Assembly (NCBI GenBank): GCA_951406725.2
Contig: OX597814.1
Span: 214,582,001 to 214,646,000, forward strand
Origin: Octopus vulgaris
Taxonomy: Eukaryota
DNA length: 64,000 nucleotides
Direction: 5' to 3'
In this document: one piece after another, positions 12,547 to 25,582 of the stretch
How positions within the stretch are numbered: position 1 is the stretch's first letter
Layout of the letters: every line of letters starts with the position of its first letter
Translations under genes and position numbers: made by a program
Notes under the pieces: model-generated
Databases searched by the model: none
Told to the model about the DNA's origin: nothing
The model's input: only the letters and a program-made list of their open reading frames with translations

Positions 12547-12900
12547 ATATGTATATACATATATAGACAGATATGTATATAGACTGATATATATGTATAT
12601 AAATGTTTGTATATGTGTGTATGTAGATGTGTACTTATCTACCTCTATCTATCTATCTGTCTATATATATATATATAGATATATATATATATATGTATGT
12701 GTATAGATATGTATATAATCTATATACCAACACATACACACACATGTGTATATATGCATATGTACATATATAAATATCTATACATATATATAGTTACATA
12801 TATACATATATACATTACATATATGTATGTATACATTCCATATATGTATGTATACATTCAAAGATATGTATGTATGTATCTATCTATAGATATAGATAAG
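12389..12900. repeat. Compound (TATG)n/(TA)n low-complexity tract
   Basis: Seen directly. Confidence 0.95.
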
Positions 12901-13611
12901 CAGAGGCCACCTGGGCACCTCATCTATATCCTTAAAGATACTTCTAATTTATTCTCACTCTCTCTCTCTCTTAAAAGGGATTAGCCATGTAGCTCTTCTT
13001 CTACAATGAAAATCAGCTCTACTCCAACCTCTTTAATATAATGTATACATATGTAGAGGCATGCCTGTGTGGTTAAGCAGTTCTCTTCACAATCATATGG
13101 TTTATGTTTCAGTTCCACTCATGATATTATTATCATTCTGAGCTATTCAAAGCCTTATGAATAGATATGGTAGATAGAAATTTGGTTGATAATTTGTATA
13201 ATGGCAATATATATATTGAACATTTAACACCATTCATTATATTCTTACTAAACACTAAAGAGGTGGGTTAACAAGATGATATAACATTTTAAAAAGTAAT
13301 TATGTAATCCTGGCAGTAATTTGCCAAAATGTGTATGTGTTTTATAAAGCTTAAAATACCATATATGTTCTCTGTATTTTTATTAATACTATTACATGGT
13401 TTGTATTCTACACACTAGCCTATCCTATGTTTTGATACCCCATATTGTACCAAATTGGATATAGGAGTGGAGTGTGAGACCTACTGCTGAGCTTGAACTT
13501 TGGTTACATGTCATGCTTCACAGCACATATATATATATATATGTATGTATGCATGTATGTATGTATATATATATAATATTTACATATATAATATATATAT
13601 TTTTACAAATA

Positions 13612-13671
<60 letters not shown>

Positions 13672-14163
13672 ATATATTTTATATATACGATAGTTTGACT
13701 AAAAGAACTGGCTATTGCAAGCAAAATTAAATAATGTATATATATATATATATATGATGATGATAATGATATATATATATATATTTATATATAAATATAT
13801 ACACACATATATATACATGTGTGTGTACATACACACATATGCACATGCACACACATACATACATAAACACACATAAACATACATACATACACACACACAC
13901 ATATTTATATAATTGCATTCATTAAAAGATACAGGTATGGAACACTTACATTCAAGACTCTCAGTTTCTGTGCAGCAATTCAACACTGGCTGCACTTCAT
14001 CAGCTTTTGCAAGTTTAATGCATGATTGATGCACACTTAGTATGGAAGCCCTGAATGCCAGTGTTCCATACCTGAGTCTTGAAATGAATTTAGACCTCTA
14101 TTTCCCATGATACTGAATTCTGCTTCTTTCCTTGTTGTTTGCCCATATATTTGTATATATATA

Positions 14164-14538
14164 CTAGCAGTATCGCCCGGCGTTGCTCGGGTTTGTTTCG
14201 ACCCTTTAGAATTGGAATTTTTGAAAAGTAAAAATTTTGCATTATGTAGCTTGTTATTCTCTTTAAGTGAACATTTTTCTGGTTGAGATACTCCGAAAAA
14301 TGGTGACACAGCAGTTAAAAAATCATAAAAATAGGGATTTTCATAGAAAAAAAGCACCTTTTTGGTGTAAATAATTTATGGTCTTAACATGGTCCAATTT
14401 GAATGTTTTCTTCTACGGAATGAAGAGCAAGCCTTCTTCTCTCATACTCTCAATTTTAGTCAATTTGCGCTGCAGGATCTCAGAGGAGATAGTGTTAGTT
14501 GAAGGCTACCAAACCTGCCACACACAGACAACTTCAGC

Positions 14539-14545
<7 letters not shown>
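14164..14545 (-). mobile_element. Non-autonomous Helitron
   Basis: Minus-strand 3' end has hairpin CCCGAGCAACGCCGGG then ..CTAG|T. Near-identical to 53453-53844. The 5' end merges into (TA)n. Confidence 0.85.
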
Positions 14546-14582
<37 letters not shown>

Positions 14583-14762
14583 CTATTATGCAAAAGTGTC
14601 TTAAGTCCAAAACGTTGCTTTTTCAGAAAATGAGAAAATTATTTCACCATTCCATTTCTGTTTGCATTAGCAACAGTTTCAGCTGAGCAATAATACTTTG
14701 TTGGGTGCATAAAATCCTAACTCCATGCAAGTATGATATTTTCAGTCAAAAATATTTTCGAC

Positions 14763-14943
14763 AAACTGTCGTATGTGGGACTTATTAGACTTCTGGAAAA
14801 TGCTAAACCATTGTACTACACTTAAACAATTTTCATCTGAGGCTACTGGAGATACGATAGTTTGACCAAAAGAACCGGCTATTGCAAGCAAAATTAAATA
14901 ATGTAAAAAACGCATTTGGCCAAATTTGGACATACGACAGTTT
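14763..14943. mobile_element. Small MITE with 14 bp TIRs
   Basis: AAACTGTCGTATGT (14763-14776) and ACATACGACAGTTT (14930-14943). Confidence 0.6.
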
Positions 14944-14965
14944 AACGTAATAACAACAATATATA

Positions 14966-14997
<32 letters not shown>

Positions 14998-15140
14998 CAT
15001 CATCATCATCATTTAACATCCGTTGTCCATGCTGTTATGGGATGGATGGTTTTGACCAGGGCTGGCAAGCTGGAAAGCTAGTCTGATTTGGTATGGTTTC
15101 TATGGCTGGGTGCCCTTCCTAGCACCAACCACTTTGAGAC
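14998..15140 (-). mobile_element. Diverged retroposon family B 3' end
   Basis: (CAT)n-ttaacatccg..gggtgcccttcctagcaccaaccact. Confidence 0.7.
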
Positions 15141-15252
15141 TCATGGGTACCGCCAGCATTTACCATGACTACAATTTCACTTCGCTTGATGAGTCTTCTT
15201 CTCATAATGCCAAAGGTTGTTAACCTGCTTCTTAAGTGTTTAGCAAAAATGT

Positions 15253-15552
15253 GGAGGCACAATGGCCCAGTGGTTAGGGCAGCGGACTTGTGGTCAGAGG
15301 ATCACGGTTTTGATTCCCAGACAGGTTGTTGTGTGTGTTTATCGAGCAAAAACACCTGAAGTTCCACGAGGCTCCAGCAGGAGGTGGTGGCAACCTCTGT
15401 TGTACTCTTTCGCCACAACTTTCTCTCACTCTTTCTTCCTGTTTCTTGAGTAATGGTGCAGTGGACTGGTGTCCCATCCAGCTGGGGGGAACACATATGC
15501 CATAGAAACTGGGAAACCGGGCCCATGAGCCTGGCTAGGCTTGAAAAGGGCG
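15253..15552 (+). mobile_element. SINE head C1 + tail beta
   Basis: Head matches 5609-5993. Tail gggcccatgagcctggctaggcttgaaaagggcg matches 39215 and 55033. Confidence 0.85.
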
Positions 15553-15774
15553 GAAAAAAAAAATGTATGTATAAACTGTTTCACCTAATAGCTTATTCAA
15601 CCAATGAAGACAAAGAATAAATTGTTAGGCAAAAATTGAAGTCCTGTCAGCAAGGAATTTATAATAATTTTGGGTCTACTCTTAATACTGAGACACCCCC
15701 CCCACGGGCCATCAGGGAATGCTCCATTGTTATTGCTTAACTAGCTTTAAAATAATAACCTCGACTTAACATTT

Positions 15775-16703
15775 GCACATGCACACACACATGCACTCAC
15801 ACACACATGCATATGCACACACATGCATATGCACACACACATACATGTGCATGCACACACATACATGTGCATGCACACACATACATGTGCATGCACACAC
15901 ATACATGCACATGCATACATACATGCACACTCATACATGCACACATGCACACACACATACATGCACACACACACATATGCACACATACACACACATGCAC
16001 ACACACATATATACACATACACACACATACATGCACACGCATGCACACACACATATGCAAACATACACATACATGCACACACACATATATACACATGCAC
16101 ACACACACGTATGCACATGCACACACATGCATGCAATGCATACACACATGCACACTCATACATGCACACATGCACACACACATATGCACACATACACACG
16201 CATGCACACACACATATATACACATACACACACACACATACATGCACACACATGCACACATGCACACACACATGCAAACATACACACACATGCACACACA
16301 CATATATACACATGCACACACACACGTATGCACATGCACACACATGCATGCACACACACATGCATACTCATACATGCACACATGCACACACACATATGCA
16401 CACATATACACGCATGCACACACACATATATACACATACACACACACACATACATGCACACACATGCACACACATGCACACATGCACACACACATGCAAA
16501 CATACACACACATGCACACACACATATATACACATGCACACACACACGTATGCACATGCACACACATGCATGCACACACACATGCATACTCATACATGCA
16601 CACATGCACACACACACATACACACACACATGCACACACACACACACATGGTCATACACTCACACACACATGCGCATGCACATACACACACACATGCACA
16701 CAC
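15775..16703. repeat. Cryptic CA/CATG satellite with about 215-225 bp higher-order period
   Basis: Marker ctcatacatgcacacatgcac recurs at about 15930, 16155, 16367 and 16589. Confidence 0.85.
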
Positions 16704-16920
16704 TCTGAATAAAGTTTAAGGTTTCCCTCTTCTGGGTGGCGAAGGTACAATAAATGTATGAATTTTAATTTGGTATAAGAAATCTGACCCCAAAGCAATC
16801 AAATGGTGTTGGGAAAATGTTCTAAGCTAAAGAAGGAGTATAAAATGCATTTGGAAAGAAGTTTCGGGAGATTGAAAATATTCACTGGTATATAAATATT
16901 TTTAGGAGGCTTTGATACTG

Positions 16921-16925
16921 TACAC

Positions 16926-16975
<50 letters not shown>

Positions 16976-17000
16976 TCACATCTATCTATCTATCTATCTA

Positions 17001-17042
<42 letters not shown>

Positions 17043-17172
17043 AATCTATCTAACTAACTATCTATCTATCTGTCTGTCTGTCTGCCTGCCTGCCTGCCTG
17101 TCTGACTGTCTGTCTGTCTGTTTGTCTGTCTATCTATCTGTCCATCCATTTATCTATCTATCTATCTATATG

Positions 17173-17242
<70 letters not shown>
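16921..17242. repeat. Compound (CA)n/(TATC)n/(TGTC)n/(TA)n microsatellite
   Basis: Seen directly. Confidence 0.95.
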
Positions 17243-17245
<3 letters not shown>

Positions 17246-17364
17246 TCATCATCATCATCATCATCGTTTAACGTCCGCTTTCCATGCTAGCATGGGTTGG
17301 ACGGTTCAACTGGGGTCTGGCAAGCCCGAAGGCTGCACCAGGCCAGTCAGATCTGGCAGTGTTT

Positions 17365-17370
<6 letters not shown>
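17243..17370 (-). mobile_element. Retroposon family B 3' fragment between (TA)n arrays
   Basis: (CAT)n-cgtttaacgtccgctttccatgctagcatggg..gtttctacag|(TA)n. Confidence 0.85.
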
Positions 17371-17415
<45 letters not shown>

Positions 17416-17751
17416 GAGAGACAAATGAATTATTTGGTATAGCTACAAATGTTTCATTTAGAGATTTTATTGCAACATTACATAGCACAGACAGACATGT
17501 GAGACGTGCAATATCTATAAGATTATGCAATGCATATCAATTAAAATTCCAAATCTTCAGGCCATACCATAATGTAGACAGATAAATATTGATATGCTGC
17601 TATGTTGAAGAGCATAGTAACTCATCTGATTTATGTCATATTGTCTAGCCACCAAATATGATGCACGTTACTTTGATTTGTGGCAGTCTACTAGATGGAC
17701 CCCATTAATCTTTCCCTCTCTCTCTCTCTCTCTGTGTAAATACATATATAT

Positions 17752-18177
17752 AGGCGCAGAAGTGGCTGTGTGGTAAGTAGCTTGCTAACCAACCACATGG
17801 TTCCAGGTTCAGTCCCACTGTGTGGCATCTTGGGCAAGTGTCTTCTGCTATAGCCTCGGGCCGACCAATGCCTTGTGAGTGGATTTGGTAGACGGAAACT
17901 GAAAGAAGCCTGTCGTATATATGTATATATATATATATATATAAGTGTGTGTGTATATGTTTGTGTGTCTGTGTTTGTCCCCTAGCATTGCTTGACAACC
18001 GATGCTGGTGTGTTTACGTCCCCGTCACTTAGCGGTTCGGCAAAAGAGACCAATAGAATAAGTACTGGGCTTACAAAGAATAAGTCCCGGGGTCGATTTG
18101 CTCGACTAAAGGCGGTGCTCCAGCATGGCCGCAGTCAGATGACTGAAACAAGTAAAAGAGTAAAAGAGTAAAAGAGT
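17752..18177 (+). mobile_element. SINE family A, full length
   Basis: Head to (GTAAAAGA)3 tail. Confidence 0.92.
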
Positions 18178-18899
18178 ATAGTCAGCTAACTAGCTAGATA
18201 ATTATAGATATTGGAATATAATTTTGAAGTTGGAAGTTTGTATATAGAGTTGTAAGTCTGCCTTGATTTAGCAGACCTATGATGGAAGGCTTTCCAGCCT
18301 TGATCATTCCATCTTTTTTTTTTGTTCCAGGCATAGTATATCCAGGACAACATTATCTAAGGTATTTTTGAATTTTAAAACAGTAGGGTTTGATTTGAGG
18401 AATATTTGACTGTTATTTGTAACTGCCTGAGGAACCTTATAGAGGTCCCTTATTGGTTTGAAGAATCTAATATTTCTTAGGTGACAAGGTTAATATATTG
18501 TATTTGGAACATGGACAAATCAGAGATTAAAAGAAACTAAAGAAATTCTCATAATATTAGGGATTAATTTGGTAAGTTGATGTTTATATATGTTATCATA
18601 AATAGCTTTCCTTCAATCTACAGCATATTTTTAACCGACTGGTTGGATGTAAAGCAAAGATAATCAGGAGAGTAAGAACTGTTCATGCTGTCTTTTTCCC
18701 ATTACTATGCCATGACTGATAAGATGATAACATTTTGTGCTAAACTGATAAGAAGTTAAGTCTGCTCGGTTTTCCTAGCTTTAATCATTTGTAGACCTTC
18801 TTCCTACTTCTGTTTATTTGTGTCTTTTTGTTTTTGCTCATTTTACAGTAAGAAATTTCTGTTATCATATGCATCTCAGAAATTCAAATCTGATTTCAG

Positions 18900-18930
<31 letters not shown>

Positions 18931-19311
18931 GACAAAAAAAGGAGAGAAATGTGAGTTTATCTGGATTCAAGATGACTATAATCAGTTAAAGGATAAATGT
19001 AAAAGTACTGAATACTGAGATTAACAGATTGCTTAAAAACCTGGAACATTTTTTTTGTTTGAAATTTAGAATGGAAAAAAATGTGAGGCAACTTTAAAAT
19101 GAAAGGAAAAACAGATTTTACTATGTTTACAATAATTTGAATTTGGTTATAAGGCTAAATTTCTATTCTATATCTAAATAAGAAGAATGTGAAATCAGTA
19201 CAACCTCTTTTTGCATAAATACTTGCTCATCTTATTACCAAAGGAAATATTTATTGGGTAAAACTTTGCACCTGCAATTAGAATTTTGTAAACATAGTTG
19301 TTCATCTACCT

Positions 19312-19540
19312 TTTATCGTTTACTTGCTTCAGTCATTGGACAGTGGCCATGCTGGGGTATCACTTTGAAGAGTTTAATTGCAAAAATTGACTTCAGAGCT
19401 TATTTGTCTTTAGTTTGGAACTTATTCCATTGGTCTCTTTCCTGAATCACAAAGGTACAGGGATGTAAACAAACCAACATTGGTTGTCAAATGGTCGTGT
19501 GGTGGTGGTGGGGTACATAGACACGAATATACATCTCTCT
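19312..19540 (-). mobile_element. Old SINE family A-related 3' half
   Basis: ttacttgcttcagtcattggacagtggccatgctggg..gggatgtaaacaaaccaacattggttgtca. Confidence 0.65.
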
Positions 19541-19577
19541 CTTATCTCTATCTGTGTGTGTGTGTGTGTATATATAT

Positions 19578-19648
19578 CATCATCATCATCATCATCATCA
19601 TCGTTTAACGTCCGTTACCCATGCTAGCATGGAGAAGGGACGTTAAAC

Positions 19649-19684
<36 letters not shown>
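19578..19684. repeat. Two family B tails fused head-to-head at CATGCTAGCATG
   Basis: (CAT)n-cgtttaacgtcc..ccatgctagcatgg..ggacgttaaacg-(ATG)n. Confidence 0.85.
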
Positions 19685-19685
<1 letters not shown>

Positions 19686-20464
19686 TACTAGCCTTGAAGT
19701 TGCCCTTCGGGTGGCATTCTGTCTAGGTCCTGTGGTGAGCACCTTTGAAGCCTTGGGAATCCATTTTCCATGTTTCTTTTTTTTTTCATTTTATTCTCAT
19801 GATGAAAATTTGTGACACTTCCACAGAGTTATATGTGCTTCCAAACTCACTTCATATTTTTAGACCTGAACCTCCATCTGTTCTAAGCAAATGAAATGTA
19901 TGACTATCACAGCTATCAATTTTTCCATCACTTCACTATTTCTGAGAAAATATTAAAACGAGATTGAGATAAAATGAATAGGATCCATTTCATCTCATTC
20001 TCATTCTATTTTCTATTACAAATCTTTAGGGGGATACTGTTACCGGAACAGGAAGATTAATTTTCCACCTAGACATAAGTTCCATAAACTGCAAAATATA
20101 AATACCCACACTACCACTCTGAAGCGTACCTGTTATAACGCTTTATCTTGATTTGAATGTACATGAAGGTATTTAGAACACCCAATCTTATTTCTGCAAA
20201 TGTACTAAGCATTGATGCTGATCATAGTTTAATCAATAAGCATATGAGAGAGGTAACTGCAGTAAAAATAGGGTCAGTGGGACCCCATTTAAGAGGCCCT
20301 TCAGAAATTAAACCTCCTTATGATACTCCCTGGGAGTTCATGGCATGAAATTCATTGTGATTGCTCCAGTTTGGTCATCAATGCCATGTATTTAGTTTAA
20401 AATGCAGTAAAAATAGTGGGGGGTCTTCCAAAATTCACTTGTCTGTGAATAGATCGTTAGCTAC

Positions 20465-20625
20465 TACACACGTTTTTTTCTCTCCTTGTTTTTTCTCTGT
20501 TCCTTTCTGTAGAAGAGCGTAGGCTCGAAACGTAAAAGACTTTTTCTATTCCTGAGCATTATACTAATACATCTGTTTGTTTTGTACACCACCTGTCTTC
20601 GTCTTTTGTTTTTTTCATAAACTCT

Positions 20626-20628
<3 letters not shown>
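20465..20628 (+). mobile_element. Penelope-derived non-autonomous/solo pLTR element with minimal hammerhead motif (20503-20538), abutting (TA)n
   Basis: cttt-CTGTAGA-A-GAGC-gtag-GCTC-GAAAC-GTA-aaag. Downstream ttcctgagc..aatac..tttgtt is shared with the 38670 family. Confidence 0.65.
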
Positions 20629-20698
<70 letters not shown>

Positions 20699-20702
20699 AT
20701 TT

Positions 20703-20950
20703 TTTACTTGTTTCAGTCATTAGACTGCAGCCATGCTGGGGTGCTGTCTTGGAGAATTTTAGTTGAATGAATCAACTAGAGTACTTATTATTTAAAACCA
20801 AACTGCTAAGTTACAGGGACATAAACACTAGTTGTGAAATGATGGCGGTAATGGTGGTGGTGGTGGTGAAGAGGAGAAATACAGACACAAATATGCACAC
20901 ACACACACACATATATATATGTGACGGGCTTCTTACAGTTACTGTCTACT
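20703..20950 (-). mobile_element. Old SINE family A-related 3' half
   Basis: ttttacttgtttcagtcattagactgcagccatgctggg..gacgggcttcttacagtt. Confidence 0.7.
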
Positions 20951-21323
20951 AAATCACTAAATCACTCAGCCATGTCTGTTCAAAATTATCTATATATTCA
21001 ATTTGTTAAAGTGTAACATTTAAAACATTTGAAAATGTCTGTTTTTGATATGAATGCTTTTGCTTAAATGATATGGACTCTTTCAAAAGGTTATAATAAT
21101 GCCTGAAATTTGAAGAAAATTGCTGAATTTATTTCGAATTGTGAATAATAAGAAAATGCTGTTTAAGAAAACCATGTGTAATTTTGCCAATGATAAATAT
21201 TCTAAATTATGATACTCATAGTAAATTTGCTTTTGAATTTCAATCTTCTACAAATTAATAATATATTTATTTTATTTAGTAACTAACTAAGAGTCCATAT
21301 CATATAAGCAATAGCATTCATAT

Positions 21324-21749
21324 CAGGAGTGGCTGTGTTGTAAGTAGCTTGCTAACCAACCACATGGTTCCGGGTTCAGTCCCACTACGTGGCATCTTGG
21401 GCAAGTGTCTTCTGCTATAGCCCCGGGCCAACCAATGCCTTGTGAGTGGATTTGGTAGACGGAAACTGAAAGAAGCCTGTCGTATATATGTATATATATA
21501 TAAGTGTGTGTGTATATGTTTGTGTGTCTGTGTTTGTCCCCCTAGCATTGCTTGACAACCAATGCTGGTGTGTTTACGTCCCCATCACTTAGCGGTTCGG
21601 CAAAAGAGACCGATAGAATAAGTACTGGGCTTACAAAGAATAAGTCCCGGGGTCAATTTGCTCGACTAAAGGCGGTGCTCCAGCATGGCCGCAGTCAAAT
21701 GACTGAAACAAGTAAAAGAGTAAAAGAGTAAAAGAGAGTAAAAGAGTAA
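21324..21749 (+). mobile_element. SINE family A
   Basis: Near-identical to 17752-18177, missing a few 5' bases. Confidence 0.92.
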
Positions 21750-22151
21750 CCCAAAGGAACCTTAAATTTGTATATCTTTTGTATTTTGAGATGCTGGATA
21801 GAAATTCATGATAGTAACAGGCTGCAAACATTATTACCAAAATAAAATTGCATGTAAGAAAGAGTTCAGGTGAGTTAGTTGATATGCCAGATGAGTAAAA
21901 GCATCTTGTAATTCAGGCACTTGTCCTTTATCCAATAAAAATGATTTATAGAAATGCTGACACTTGGTTGCAAAATTGCAAGTGAAACATGGCATGACAT
22001 AAGAGTGACGTGGGGGTGGGGGGTCTGATGTGGGTAGAAAGGGAAAAGCCAGAGGGAGGTGATATGAATAGTGTAAAAGGTGAACAATAGAGCAGGTAAA
22101 AAGTTAATGAGTGATGGCAGAGTGTGGGAGAAAAGTTTGTAACAAGATTAA

Positions 22152-22373
22152 CCCTTTCATTACTGTATTTATTTTGAGATTCTCTGTTTTTCTCTCAATT
22201 ATTTTAAATGTAACAAAGTTTTTTAGTAAAATAACTTAGTTATCATTCAGCTAGTGTTAGGAACATAAATTGTGACTAAGGTTTGGTGGAAGATTTTAAT
22301 TCAAAACTTATGAAAACAAGACATTTGTACTACAAAGCCAGAGCCGGTTTCAGCTGGGTTAGTAACGAAAGGG
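22152..22373. mobile_element. piggyBac-type MITE
   Basis: TTAA TSDs and CCCTTTC TIRs. Reverse orientation of 3185-3407. Confidence 0.9.
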
Positions 22374-22924
22374 TTAAAGTCAGTTGAAATGAAAGGTAGG
22401 TGATGAGGGACAAAACCAAGTGACGTGAGAGATTTTATTAATAGCATAGAGCAAAAGGAAGAGGTAGACCAAACATACACTGCACTTATTCTATTTCTTC
22501 ACCTCATCTATTTTTCTTTAAAAATTTATTGGATGATCTCTAAAATACCATTATCGAATATAAGATCCTATTCTTTACACTACATTATACAATGAACATT
22601 TTTAATCAAAACAGTAATGCAGCTAATCATTCTTAATACATTCTAGCAGATTTGAATGCATCTGATCAGTGTTGTTATTTGCTATCAGAGAACACCTCTT
22701 TCTTAAAAGTAATGTGTGTACACAACACACATGATTCAACAGTATAAGGGGACTTCAAGAGAACATGGTGTTTTGATTGCCTTGTGTGTTTCTTCTACAG
22801 AAGCTACCTTGGATAGATGAATCTCACAAGAGTATAAGCTCTTGTTTATAGGAATCAATAAATAAACCATTTGCTGATCTATGAAGATGTCTGCCAAACA
22901 GATAAAATGAGATGCATGCAGAAT

Positions 22925-23343
22925 ACTCTTTTACTCTTTTACTCTTTTACTTGTTTCAGTCATTTGACTGCGGCCATGCTGGAGCACCGCCTTTAGTCGA
23001 GCAAATCAACCCCGGGACTTATTCTTTGTAAGCCCAGTACTTATTCTATCGGTCTCTTTTGCCGAACCGCTAAGTGACGGGGACGTAAACGCACACCAGC
23101 ATCGGTTGTCAAGCAATGCTAGGGGGACAAACACAGACACACAAACACACACACACATACATATATATATACATATATACGACAGGCTTCTTTCAGTTTC
23201 CGTCTACCAAATCCACTCACAAGGCATTGGTCGGCCCGGGGCTATAGCAGAAGACACTTGCCCAAGATGCCACGCAGTGGGATTGAACCCAGAACCATGT
23301 GGTTGGTAAACAAGCTACTTACCACACAGTCACTCCTGCGCCT
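22925..23343 (-). mobile_element. SINE family A, full length
   Basis: Near-identical to the other A copies. Confidence 0.92.
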
Positions 23344-23419
23344 ATGATAAAAATTCAAACAATAACATAGGAGATCATTGTTAATGAGGGAATTATTGAT
23401 TGATAAGTATATAATAGGG

Positions 23420-24755
23420 CATGTAAATGTTTATCGTATAAAATTATGATTGTTTTTTAAAAAACTCAAATAATCCAAACACAATTGGAACATGAAGGTT
23501 TGAAAGAGTTTTGAAAGATATTAGCTTGTCAACAGAGTGGTTACACTAAATTTCCTTGTTTTATTTATTTATCTATTTCTTGTTTATAAGATAGTTGTGT
23601 TAAAAGAGATCTTTGGATGAAGAAGGAATGGCTTGGAAGAAAAGATCTTATGCTGGAAAGCAAAACACCATGAAACCTCCCCCTCCTTGGCAAAACGAGA
23701 AAATGTCTTGCTTCCATATCAGAGTAGGTTTGATCAAACGATTTGCTGAAAACTTAGATAAGGTAAATGACTCTTTCAAATATTTATACGAAATTTTTTC
23801 CTGCTCCAAGTCAAGAAACATTGAAAGCAGATATCTTTGATGGGTCTATGATAAAAACATTAATGAAAAATGAGATATTTATGAATTTACTTAAACCTGT
23901 TAAGGAATTTTCCTAGATAGAATTTACAGAAGTTATGGAAAACGTTTGAGACAATATCAAATCCCAAAACTATAAAGATCCACTTAATAGTTTTGTTTTC
24001 CCTTTCCAAAAGCTAAGTAGTAATAAGAGTATTAACATGCACTTCCTCTATAGCCATTTAGACTACTTTTCTGCTATATTAGGGGTTGTTAGTGAAGAGT
24101 GTTTCCACTCATACATAAAAACTATGGAATAAAATGTACTAGAGATGGTGGAATATAAATATGGTGGCAGATTATTTGTTGGTACCTAAAAAGACGACAA
24201 AACAAAAGGATTCAAAATTGACAATCCAATAAGAGAAAGCTACCTTCTTAAATAGGGCACTTGCCAAACCAACCTTACTTTTATGCTTATTCTACATCCT
24301 CAGATGTTGAATGAACACGAAATGGATGGGACTTGCTGGCTAGGAGATGCATTTCTTCCTACTACAAAGTATTGTTTACTATTATCTTTCATATCAGTGA
24401 TGCTTGATGAATTTACTGTTTTTGTTTTGGCTGGATCATAAAAACACAACACTTGTGTTACAAAAGATACTAACTTTTAACAAATTTGTAGCTATTGGAG
24501 CTAAATCTTCCACTAAAATAGCTAAAATGTCTATATTAGTTAACCAGTTGTAACATATAATTACGGTTTCTTTTCTACTAATATACACATTTCATTTGCC
24601 CTTTCTCACTGATATTTGAAAGCGGATTTCTGATTAAACTTGTGATACACAAATTCAAGGAGCAGACTTGAAATCAGCACTCAAAGCTTTGTTAAGATAA
24701 ACACCTTTTATGAAAAAAGCCAAATATATTCTTTTTTCTTAAATGCAGCCCTGTG
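23420..24755 (+). mobile_element. CMC/Chapaev3-type DNA transposon fossil (transposase pseudogene at about 23430-24200)
   Basis: QQSGYTKFPCF..FHIRVGLIKRFAENLDK..FKYL..LKADIFDGSMIKTLMK..NKSINMHFLYSHLDYF..VSEE..FHSYIKTME..WNINMVADY.WYLKR parallels the PLHIKLGLMKQFVKAL / MSxKxHFLHSHLD / MxADYCW motifs. The right end is uncertain. Confidence 0.8.
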
Positions 24756-25582
24756 CAATTTACTCTTGTTAAGCTGAGTCACATGTTACAATTGAACAAA
24801 CTGGGCACAGGCAGGGCTACAATGGTTAAGAAGCTCTCATTGTTGTTTCATGGTTCTGGGTTCAATTCCATGTTACAGCATCTTGAGCAAGTGTCTTCTA
24901 CCATAACCTCTTTACTGTTGTATGTATTTGACATAATCACAATTATAGGAAGAGAATCCAGCCACAAATCTTCACTGAACATATTATACAATAAAATGCA
25001 TTATCAATAAATCAGCTATTCATTAAATACACAAATCATTTATTCCAATCAGGGATAGATCAAAATAGTAAAATATTGTTTGGATAATTTATATAACATA
25101 CTTAATATAATTAACATGATCATCCTATAATCAATTTTGATAAGTTTTTTTTTCTTTTATATTGCAAATTGAGCCAGGAAGTGTTAATTCTCAGACAAGG
25201 GAAAATTCAATTAACTGTGTTTGATTTTGGCTTTATTTTCTTGCAACATCTGATATCATAATTAACATAATTACCACGAAAAATTATGAAGTTAATTAAA
25301 TAAAAGAATAAATAATTTTGGAAGTGTATTTGTTTGGCAAGTGATTTGATTTGAGACGGTGTATTGGAACTAAAACAATTGCAACATGGAATACACATAT
25401 TAACCATTCAAAAGGAACAAAGACTGTTCACTTCACTGAATGTGTATTATTAGTTGTCAAAATTATTTTTGCATGAACTCTGACCTAGTCACTGATGTGA
25501 TTTCACTACATCACTATAATTATTTTATAATTCAAGTAATAATTCACTGTAAAAAAGTAATATCTCCATCCTTAGTTATCTA

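Noticed and set aside
13960-14150. Minus-strand VCINHALNL resembling the hAT CxxHxLNL motif, inside a 15 bp inverted repeat
   Set aside because: No further transposase motifs nearby; too short to call.
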